A stretch of DNA of 64,000 bases from an uncultured Planctomycetia bacterium (GTDB lineage: Bacteria > Omnitrophota > Gorgyraeia > Tantalellales > Tantalellaceae), in NCBI GenBank assembly GCA_964572255.1, contig CAZNEE010000006.1, forward strand, positions 11,775-75,774, read 5' to 3'. Positions 19,693-28,500 of the stretch are shown piece after piece; within the stretch, counting starts at the first letter, position 1, and each line of letters starts with the position of its first letter. Under the pieces are notes generated by a model that saw nothing but the letters and a program-made list of their open reading frames with translations, did not search any database and was not told the DNA's origin. The position numbers and the translations under genes were made by a program.

Positions 19693-22600
19693 TTATAATG
19701 CACGCAGTACTGCCAAGCGTGCTTTTCTGAATTCTCTAAGTTCTTCGTAATCTATCTTCTTTATCTTAAACACTTCTATCCCGGACATGAATCTTTTAAG
19801 ATCCTGCCAGCCCAGTTGTTCAAACTTCTCCATGTCCCCACTTAATAGTCCAAAATAATCCAAAGCCATCCTTACCAGCGATGGGACATCCCCCACCCTG
19901 TCCAATTCAGCCAATATTACACCGAGCTCCATCAAAAGGTCGTGTTCAAGCCACTGGCCCGGCTCGAGTTTTTCATGTCTTATGACAGCCGCTACATCAG
20001 GATCTTTAACATAGTTAGCAGCTTCCTCCGGGGTCATGGTCTCATCGTCAATAATTACAAGTCTCGGATTTAAATTGTTCTCTTGAGCTTCTCTGAATGC
20101 CTCCCAGTTCTTGGCTTCGGCTGAAGCTTCTGCCCTGCTTTCAGTATCGCCTTCCCTGAAAAAGAACACTTTTACATTAACGCCTATTTCCCGCATCAAA
20201 ATACCCGAAGCTTTAGTGGCAATTCCTTTGTGTGTAGATATCTCCAGATCATACTGATCGGCGGGAAGTCCCACTACCAGCGCTGTCGGCGGAAGGTTTC
20301 TTGGTACGTGATCTTTAAAATCGCGTTCCTGAGCGATCTCCAGTTTCTGCTGGACAAAATTATAGAACTTGTTGCCCGGATCCGAAACATGTTCCGGTTC
20401 CAGATTTTCCAGCTCGGGACCCGTCATAACAAGATCGCCAAAAAACCTGTTAAGTTCTGTCAGCGCATCATAATCGTTATCTATCATCTCAAGATGCTTC
20501 ACCATTGCGTGTTCCAGTCTAAAATTTTCGCTCGCCTCCAGCTGTTCAGCCCTTAAAGCATTTACAAGTATGATATCCTTCTCGAGATACCCTTCACTTA
20601 AAGGCCTTATGGGATTGTTATTAAGAAATACAACGAGCGTATCTTCTTCAACGAAACTCTGCGCTGTTGCCACATAACCCAGATCTACTTCATAGATCTT
20701 GACCTCCTTTATTTGATATTCGGGGTTTTGCAGCCTCTCGACCAGATCCCTGGCCATCGCCTCGTCTATCCCAACTTTTTGAAGCCTTTCGATGACTTCT
20801 GCGCTGGAATACTCAGGAAACCCCTCATTTAAAGCTACCTCAAGTTTTTGTCCCATTCTTACGATCAGCTCATTTGCCCTGTCAATCACTGCCTCTATTC
20901 TTTCCTCTTCTACATCAACAGGCTTGGCCACCCCGGTATCCCTCAAGTCTTTCAGCTGATCTCGGGTTAACCTCGTCGCGATATCGATGCCCGGGATTTT
21001 GTCGGCCACTGCTTCCTTAGAAAGACGCTCGGCGGTTTCGAGCTGATCCTCAAAACTCTTAAATAGATCTCTTCTTCCCGCCAGGGCTTCGCGTTCTTCG
21101 GGCGTGCTCTCCGCCAAAGATTTTTCCCGGAGCGGAGTCTCGCGCAATTTTTCGGCCAGCTGCACATATTCGTTAGATTCACCCATGGCTATATGTTCCA
21201 CCAGCCTGCTCAAAGCATCATCATATGTGAAGTTCCCCACAGCCCCATGAATGATATGCCGCACTATTCTTTCCTCGTTTATTGTCCCGTCCTTATTCAA
21301 GACAGTAGCTTTATTTATCTGTATGCCCTTACCTCCGGGATGTTCACCGAATAATATCGGCATCTCCCCTTCAGTGATCAGGAAAATTCCCTTGGTCACG
21401 CCTTCTTCCACCCAAACCCCATCGCGTAAATTTTCCAACATCCCTATCACTCTATCGAATTCCCCCGCTTGATCGCCGAGCTGATTTTGCAGATCCTGCA
21501 ATCTTGTTATTGCTACATTTATATGTACATCCCCGACATTTTCTCTGCCGGCGGCAGCTTCGATGCTTGCGTCTACCTGTTCCTGGTGCACGAATTCTAT
21601 CACATCTTCAGCCGTCAAAGTTATTGACGGATCATCTTTCTTCGGCATCAGACCAAAAGCTTCATTTATATCCACAAAGTATTCGCCTTCTGCATCGGCG
21701 TATTTAAGCCCTATATTATATCCGCGCGCGACAAGTTCCCTCATCATTACAGCCACTTTAAAAGCATCAGTACCTGTTCTTCCCCACACTTCTTCCGCCA
21801 GCCCCTTAGATAAGTGGCTCGCTACCTGCAGCATCGAAGCCTGCGCGATAACTGAACCTAAAATGCTCTGGAGCGAGGTTGTCTCCCCGGCCAACAGTTG
21901 AAAATAAGGACTTTCATATCCTTTAGCGCTTTTGAACTTAGGCATTACCGATACATATGAAACGCCTTTTTCTTCAAATAAGCGGCACAAGTTCTCAGTA
22001 TGAAATCCGCCCGTCATAAGGATCGCCGCTTCCATACCGCCCGGAATGCGGCTGTATTTCATGTTTTTGAGGAACACTTCATCCCTCATAAAGGAGAAAT
22101 CAAAAAACTTGGCAAGATCGTCCCTGTAAATATCCAGCCTGAAAATACTCTCGCTGGGCCTTGCCATTATCCTGTGTTTGGGAGCTTCTTTCTGTATAAA
22201 AGAGATAAAATTCTGTGCATCGAACGAACCTTTATTGTCCAGGTAATACTGATAATCCGTGCGGTTGAGTCTTATATCAAAAATGTTATTTAAAAGGATG
22301 AGGTTTTTCGACAAAAGACTCAGCGTGCGCTGTTCCTGGCTTGTGAAAACATCCTCTTTTATCACGCTTTCCAGATCATCCATCTCTTCTATCAGTTTGA
22401 AGCGGTCAACGGCTTCAAACGTGGAAACATAATCTATATAATTCCCCAGAGTCGGGAATTTTTTAATATCGATCCTGCTGCTTTCAGCCAGATCAAAAAG
22501 ATAATTATAAAACGCTTTTGAGGATATCTTTCTTGTCTTGAAATCAAGTGTTTTAGCGACAATATCTCTTATGGTCGCCCTTGAAGACTTTGCCTTAAGT

Positions 22601-23454
22601 TCATCTATGAGCATATTCCTTTCATCATTCGCTTTCTTGAAATCGACCAGCGCTTCCTTCTCCATCGACTGTTCAAGAAGATGAATATTCGGAAAATCCT
22701 CTATCTTTATACCGTGAGACCCCGCTGCTTCGATCAAAAACTCAAGGTATTCCCTGAACTCGATACTCTTGGTCTTATAAGCGCCGTAATTCATATCGAT
22801 CTTCAACAGCTCCGCATCATAAATGTGGCGTTTTAAATTATCGATAATATGGGAAAGTTCCTTCAGATATTTGTCTACCTCATCTTTATACTTCAGGGAA
22901 TCCCTGTACACTTTAAGGTTTGCCAAATAAAGGTTGCGGTCTTCAATCCCCCAAAGTTCGATCCTGCCGGGATTATTAGCGGCAAAGAACTCCGCCCCGT
23001 TGATCTCGCCCTTCTTAAGGAAATAATCAGCCACTTCCCGTCGTATCGCGCCGCCGGTGATGTTAGTGAATATAGAGAGATCATACTCGCCGACACCTCC
23101 CTCTAAATTGACCATTTTTACGCCGTATTCATTACTTAGATATTCGATGATACTCGCGATCTTGCTCTGAGCGTAATGGTTCGCGTGGGCATCCTGAATG
23201 TGGATAATAATACGACCGGGATCACCGGTAGATGAATATTTCACTTCACCCAGATGAGACGGCAATGTAAAAGTCTCGACACCGAGATTAGCAAAAGCCG
23301 GCAGTCCTTGATCAGCAATACCGACATCAAATTCTTCGGATTCGATCACTGCCTTGGAATCGGTCAGGATGAAAAATGAGAAAAAAGTAACCGTTAGAAT
23401 AGAACAGATCACTTTTTTCGTCCTTCTGTGTTTCAAAATATATTTGGCAAACAT
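19693..23454 (-). CDS. Large exported modular protein C (1253 aa), shortest paralogue: N-domain, degenerate zincin-like middle, shared C-domain
   Basis: SD GGAGG; signal peptide ..TDSKA; IHIQDAHANH, NLEGGVGEYDL, WGIED, LMTGGFHTENL, GYESPYF; ends IKKIDYEELREFRKARLAVLRAL. Confidence 0.92.
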   Translation of the reverse strand: MFAKYILKHRRTKKVICSILTVTFFSFFILTDSKAVIESEEFDVGIADQGLPAFANLGVETFTLPSHLGEVKYSSTGDPGRIIIHIQDAHANHYAQSKIASIIEYLSNEYGVKMVNLEGGVGEYDLSIFTNITGGAIRREVADYFLKKGEINGAEFFAANNPGRIELWGIEDRNLYLANLKVYRDSLKYKDEVDKYLKELSHIIDNLKRHIYDAELLKIDMNYGAYKTKSIEFREYLEFLIEAAGSHGIKIEDFPNIHLLEQSMEKEALVDFKKANDERNMLIDELKAKSSRATIRDIVAKTLDFKTRKISSKAFYNYLFDLAESSRIDIKKFPTLGNYIDYVSTFEAVDRFKLIEEMDDLESVIKEDVFTSQEQRTLSLLSKNLILLNNIFDIRLNRTDYQYYLDNKGSFDAQNFISFIQKEAPKHRIMARPSESIFRLDIYRDDLAKFFDFSFMRDEVFLKNMKYSRIPGGMEAAILMTGGFHTENLCRLFEEKGVSYVSVMPKFKSAKGYESPYFQLLAGETTSLQSILGSVIAQASMLQVASHLSKGLAEEVWGRTGTDAFKVAVMMRELVARGYNIGLKYADAEGEYFVDINEAFGLMPKKDDPSITLTAEDVIEFVHQEQVDASIEAAAGRENVGDVHINVAITRLQDLQNQLGDQAGEFDRVIGMLENLRDGVWVEEGVTKGIFLITEGEMPILFGEHPGGKGIQINKATVLNKDGTINEERIVRHIIHGAVGNFTYDDALSRLVEHIAMGESNEYVQLAEKLRETPLREKSLAESTPEEREALAGRRDLFKSFEDQLETAERLSKEAVADKIPGIDIATRLTRDQLKDLRDTGVAKPVDVEEERIEAVIDRANELIVRMGQKLEVALNEGFPEYSSAEVIERLQKVGIDEAMARDLVERLQNPEYQIKEVKIYEVDLGYVATAQSFVEEDTLVVFLNNNPIRPLSEGYLEKDIILVNALRAEQLEASENFRLEHAMVKHLEMIDNDYDALTELNRFFGDLVMTGPELENLEPEHVSDPGNKFYNFVQQKLEIAQERDFKDHVPRNLPPTALVVGLPADQYDLEISTHKGIATKASGILMREIGVNVKVFFFREGDTESRAEASAEAKNWEAFREAQENNLNPRLVIIDDETMTPEEAANYVKDPDVAAVIRHEKLEPGQWLEHDLLMELGVILAELDRVGDVPSLVRMALDYFGLLSGDMEKFEQLGWQDLKRFMSGIEVFKIKKIDYEELREFRKARLAVLRAL

Positions 23455-23492
23455 GATATTACCTCCATTTTACAGTCTTTATAAAAGACCTA

Positions 23493-23543
23493 AATTATTA
23501 GGCAAAAAAAATTCTTTCTTCATCCTGCCATAGGACAAAGAAA
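23493..23543 (-). terminator. Leader hairpin plus U-tract (possible attenuator) upstream of giant C
   Basis: Minus strand TTTCTTTGTCCT-ATGGC-AGGATGAAGAAA-GAA-T8-GCCTAATAATT. Confidence 0.55.
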
Positions 23544-23615
23544 CATACACTCTTATCCACTATTCCTAATAAATAAGAATAATAAAATTATAACTTTACA
23601 TACATTTACAATTTT

Positions 23616-23675
23616 AGTATACCCTATATACAGAGAATAGACCATAAAATCAAGCTAAATTTTGTATGCCTTAAC
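23616..23675 (-). promoter_or_regulatory. Conserved giant-gene promoter, copy 3
   Basis: Minus strand GTTAAGGCATACAAAATTTAGCTTGATTTTATGGTC-18 nt-TATACT. Confidence 0.75.
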
Positions 23676-23803
23676 TATTGGTGCCTTATTTCCCGTCCAA
23701 ATCTATTTATATATATAGGAATCATAAAGATTTATGCCATAATGTAAAAAATAATTGCAATTTTTATTTTTTTTGAAATCTTTTTTGTAACTAGTGATAT
23801 TTA

Positions 23804-23833
23804 TTGACATTTTCACTATAAGTCGTGTATACT
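23804..23833 (+). promoter_or_regulatory. Sigma70-type promoter for the cold-shock gene
   Basis: TTGACA-18 nt-TATACT. Confidence 0.75.
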
Positions 23834-23990
23834 TACATAGTAACAACTGCTGAGGTTAGCAGTAGTAATATTAACACGTGGTAAATGGTAAATAAGGAGT
23901 AGGGATATCAAATCGCAAGGTTGAAAATCACTAACCTTGCTTTTTTTTTGATACTACACCATTTTCCACAGATCAAAGGAGGCAAGTGGT

Positions 23991-24188
23991 ATGCAAGGAG
24001 TAGTCAAATGGTTCAATAACTCAAAGGGTTACGGGTTTATTACTCCTGAATCAGGCAGCGATGTATTCGTACATTTCAGCGCGATCCAGGGTGAAGGCTA
24101 CAAATCCCTAAAAGAAGGAGACAAAGTCGAATTCGAAGTTAAAGATGGAGCCAAAGGTAAAGAAGCCATAAACGTAGTTAGAGTATAA
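23991..24188 (+). CDS. csp: Cold-shock domain protein (CspA family)
   Basis: [15 protein letters not shown] (RNP1), DVFVHFSAI (RNP2); SD AAGGAGG. Confidence 0.97.
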   Translation: MQGVVKWFNNSKGYGFITPESGSDVFVHFSAIQGEGYKSLKEGDKVEFEVKDGAKGKEAINVVRV

Positions 24189-24209
24189 CCTACGTAAAAA
24201 TAAAGCTAC

Positions 24210-24243
24210 AAAAAAGCCCGGTTGAAAAACCGGGCTTTTTTTA
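24210..24243. terminator. Bidirectional intrinsic terminator between csp and the toxin gene
   Basis: AAAAAAGCCCGGTT-gaaa-AACCGGGCTTTTTTT. Confidence 0.9.
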
Positions 24244-24260
24244 TGCTGAACTTATTTCAA

Positions 24261-24518
24261 TTAATCTCTGTAAACTTCCCTTCGATGCATCACTTTTAAA
24301 ATAAAAATACAGATTTTCTTATTGTCTATTTCATAGACAATACGGTAGTTGCCAGCCCTAAAAGAATATAATCCCTTAAGTTGAGCTTTTAAGGCTTTGC
24401 CAATAAGAGGATTAGAGGCTATTTCCAGGATAGCGCTTCCTATTTTCTCTTTTATTTTTTGAGGAAGTCTATCAATTTGCTTTTTCGCTTTGGAAGTTAT
24501 TAAGATATGATAATTCAC
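24261..24518 (-). CDS. Type II toxin, RelE/ParE superfamily (RelE/StbE-like)
   Basis: AKKQIDRL...GKALKAQLKGLYSFRAGNYRIVYEI...HRREVYR; 4-nt overlap with the antitoxin gene. Confidence 0.92.
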   Translation of the reverse strand: MNYHILITSKAKKQIDRLPQKIKEKIGSAILEIASNPLIGKALKAQLKGLYSFRAGNYRIVYEIDNKKICIFILKVMHRREVYRD

Positions 24519-24796
24519 TTTTTCTTTGCCCTTTTGGATGTCTTCTTAAAAACTTCCTCAAACGTATAAACTTTTCCCTCTTTCAGTTCTTTTCTGGCTT
24601 CTTCAATATCCTTTATGGCCGCCTTATCGGAAATTATTTCTAAAGTCTCAAGCCATCCTTCGTATTCATCGATGCTCATTATTATAGCTTTGGGCTTGCC
24701 GTTCTTAGATATAATGAAATGCTGCATGGATTCATCCGCTTTCCTGATTATTTCTAATAAATGAGCCTTCGCCTCAGTCACCGTCATGCTTACCAT
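24515..24796 (-). CDS. Type II antitoxin, Phd/YefM family
   Basis: MTVTEAKAHL...IISKNGKPKAIIMSIDEYE..LETL; SD AAGGAGG. Confidence 0.92.
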   Translation of the reverse strand: MVSMTVTEAKAHLLEIIRKADESMQHFIISKNGKPKAIIMSIDEYEGWLETLEIISDKAAIKDIEEARKELKEGKVYTFEEVFKKTSKRAKKK

Positions 24797-24810
24797 AAGA
24801 AACCTCCTTT

Positions 24811-24866
24811 AAAATGGTCATTATTCTAACCACTTTAATTATAGCATAAAACAATCCTATTTTCAA
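24811..24866 (-). promoter_or_regulatory. Toxin-antitoxin promoter and palindromic operator
   Basis: TTGAAA-17 nt (TG-extended)-TATAAT, followed by the imperfect palindrome AAAGTGGTTA-gaataa-TGACCATTTT. Confidence 0.7.
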
Positions 24867-25079
24867 GGTTCTACATGATATTTGAACCCCTATTAATTTA
24901 AGAATCTACATACACATATATAGACATAAAAAGAATGAAAATTCTTTCAACTTATTTTATTTTTATAATATTTAATGTCGGGGGCAGGTCTGAGTTTAAG
25001 TTAGGGTATGCTTCTAGGATTGACTTAAGGGACAGTTTTAGTTTTAAAAACGTCCCTGAAAAAGAAAAACGGTTTTATT

Positions 25080-25487
25080 TTATTTAAGTTTGGTTTTTAC
25101 ATTTGGAAGATTTAAAAAAAATAAAAGAAATATCCCTACATACCAACCAATTGAAAGTGGCAATTCTATTCTAAAAAGTAAAAAATCCTTTATCCCCTTG
25201 AGAAAATTTTGAGAAATCACTGTAACCGCCCAAACCATTTCTGCGCAAGCATACAATAAAAGACCTTTTCTGCCTATCGTTTTGAGCCTGAATAATAATA
25301 CAGCTGATAAAAAACCAATAGAAGTTGCTATAAAAAGTAACAAGATTATTAAAAATTGTATAGGCTGTTCCTTTATGCCTTGCACGCCAGATTGAATGAA
25401 CATAGTTATTGAAATAAGAGGAAGTGCTATTCGCCAAAGAATAAAGAAAACCAAAATAAAAGCTATTGTTTTTATTGTTTTATCCAT
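25080..25487 (-). CDS. Small ~4-TM membrane protein, candidate immunity protein
   Basis: 135 aa, four hydrophobic stretches, SD AGAGG, AT-rich, immediately downstream of giant D's C-terminal enzyme domain. Function inferred from position only. Confidence 0.7.
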   Translation of the reverse strand: MDKTIKTIAFILVFFILWRIALPLISITMFIQSGVQGIKEQPIQFLIILLLFIATSIGFLSAVLLFRLKTIGRKGLLLYACAEMVWAVTVISQNFLKGIKDFLLFRIELPLSIGWYVGIFLLFFLNLPNVKTKLK

Positions 25488-25589
25488 ATTAAACCTCTTT
25501 AAGTACTAGTTTATCAAAAATTATACGCTTTTCAATAGTTGATAAGTTTTTCCAAACTTCTCGGTAATTAATAATTACTTGTCAAAATA

Positions 25590-28500
25590 TTATTCTTCAT
25601 AAGCGCCTATAAATATTAAATCAGCAGGTATATCTTGTACATCAATGCCCCACTCCAACATAGTTCCCTTAATGTTTCCCGGGGAAACACGCCAATTGTC
25701 AGTGGTGACACCTGACAAAGGATGGCCGCTTTCCTTGAAAGCGTCGTGCACAAGTTCACTGCAAATTTTTGTATCGTTGTCATTATTGTTTATTCCAAAC
25801 AATCCAGCATAATTGTAAAGTGCTGATTTTTTAAATCGATTTGTATCTGGATTATAGCCATAAGTCACTTTAATCCAGTTAACAGCAGCCCTACCAGCAT
25901 TTTTATCGGAAGTAACTCTTCCTACTTTTATTACAGCATATCCTTCCAAATCTTTCCCGGCCCAGTCTTCGAAAGTGCGCCTTTTTATTCCACCTGGATT
26001 TATATCAATAGCCCATTTGTTGTTCTCCTCATCAACATCAAGAATAGCAGCATGGTTAACTTTTGAAACACTGAATAATCTTATCCCAAAACCTACGGGA
26101 TCAGCTCCTGCAACCATGAGAATATCACCAGTTTGTCCTTTTTTAATAATCAAATCAATTGCTTGCGCCTTTTCCCACTTAAGCTCTTCTTCTGTTTTAA
26201 AACCCAGAATTTGTCCCCAACTGGACACCCGCTCAAGTTTATCTTTAAAATGTGTTGAATGTTTAGCCTCTAAATAAAGGTCTTCCAGAGTTTTTCCGTT
26301 GAATAGACTTTTTATGGTTTTGCTTGACTGTTCAGCTATCTTCAGATACTGTTGATAATCAGATTCATGTTTCTCTTTAAAAGCTTTATGGATGGAATCT
26401 AATTTAGTAGATGTCTGATCATGTATAGTATTTTTGCGCTCATTTACATTAAAACCGAGCAGATCTGTGTCTTCTCGAAAATCCTCATTGTTAGTTATAT
26501 TATTGTATGTATCTACCGCCCAATTTTTTGCTGCAGTTACCTTATCTTCCCAGAAATCATAAGCATATTTAACGTCATCGTAAATGCCTGACCAGAAATT
26601 CGCGCCGATGCTTGTTGGGTCGTTGAAATCGGGCCTGATGAAGTCGTAAACTGCGCCGGAAGCGGCGGAGTTCAGTGCAGCTGTATCGACCACTGATGCG
26701 AGCATGGCTCCTGTTGAATAAGTGAGAGACATTTTTGCTATCATTGCCTTGGTTACACCGGGCCCGAAACCATAATATCCGCCAGTTTTAAGCCAGTAAT
26801 AGTTCACAAATTCATCTATTAATTGTCTCCCCACTTCGGGATGTTTCATCTCATATTCCATTATCATCTTTATCCTGTCAACCAGCCGTCCTTGTCCAAA
26901 ACGGGCTCTATATCTAGACATTTCCCACGCTGTATTAATTCTTTTTGCTGTTCGAGTAATATATCCTTCTGCTTTTGCAAGTCCGGAGATAAAGAAGTTT
27001 GCTTCTCTGTTAAGATAGGTATCGGTGACTTTTCCCGCAATTTCCGGAGCCTTTTCCGCCACAAACGATAATCCTTTAACACCGATCTTAACTGCGCCCC
27101 ACGCTTTAAAAATAGCTCCTTCAAAACCTTCGCCTCTTTGGAATATTCCTTTAATCTTCGATACAATTCGCTCTTTGATAAACTGTTCCACTCTTTCATT
27201 AAAGAGTCGAAGTTTGCCGCTAATGTATCCACCCGCTCTATTGTATGCTTGAATGATCCTGTTAACGCTTTTGGATAATCCGCCTGAAAAGAAGGCTTGA
27301 TCCGCTTTAAGCGCCATATTCCGTATTTTAGCTGTAATTTTTCGACCAAAAGACCCATATAATTTACCTCCTATCTTAGATAGAAACGGTTTAGCTTTTC
27401 TCCAACCAAGTTTAGCGAATTTGATCGCTCCTGTCCCTACATAAGCAGCCGCGATATACTCGCCTATCTTGCGCCCGAGGATCCTTATACCGTATACCGC
27501 GTTTCTGGCATTCTTTGAATCCCTGAAAGCCGCCCAGATGTCTTTGCATTCACTTACTAACGCTCTCCACGTGCCGCCTAAGACTTCCTTGAACAATGAC
27601 CGTTCATCCGCGCTAAGTGCAGTATGGACCGCTTTTGCCAATAACACAGGCAGAACCGCTACTGCCGCGGCTGATTCAACGCCGGCTATCATACAGCCTT
27701 CAGTCATGCTTATTCTAAGAACGGTCTGCATCAAGCCATCAAAGGTGCTTATATCATCTACTATGCCGCCGGTCGCATTGCTGAGCTGTTTAGTTAAGCC
27801 TGATAAAAATATGCTTCTTGAACTTAACTCATATCCTTTTATGATGGCGTCATAAATAGGATCTAATTTTTCAGATATTGTATCACGTATGAAGTTTTCT
27901 TGCTCTATTTTTTCCGGTGTTAAAAGGTCTTTGGAAGAAACATTTATCGCCTCACCTTCCCCAATATCGACCAAAGTGTCTCTATCAGAAAAAGCTCTGC
28001 TGTTATATATCTCGAAAATACCTTCTACGGGTATAAGGGATCCGGCTTCCGTGAGCATGCATGTATTGCGGTTTACCTGCACAAAGTCCGGCGCATAGGA
28101 ATCCCCTATTGCCGGTGTCCATATCAGATCGTCAACTGCCCTCATTGTCTTATTAAGAATATTTCCTTTTTCCATGTCCTTGGTAACCGCTTCATTCGCC
28201 ATCCCGTCCGATAGGTTTACAACCGGCAGGAAAAGAGCGCTTCCGGAGCTAACTATGATATGATCTCCTGCAACTCCTATTTCAGACCCATTGAACAGGA
28301 ACAATTGCCGCGTGCTTCCTTCTTCGCCACCGGTAAAAAGCATAGCGCCGAACTTATCAACACCATTTATGTTAAAGAATTTATTGTCATCCACGATAAA
28401 AGATTCCCCTTCGAGCCTGATCCCGATAGAAAATGCTTCATATGAAATAGATTCATTGTCTCCGATCGAAGTGGAGGTATTAAGACCGAACTTTAAGCCC

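Noticed and set aside
560-23106. Many 60-170 aa plus-strand ORFs overlapping giants A-C
   Set aside because: Antisense shadows (Ser/Phe/Leu-rich, the mirror of Glu/Lys codons) with no recognisable motifs; the minus-strand frame explains the region.
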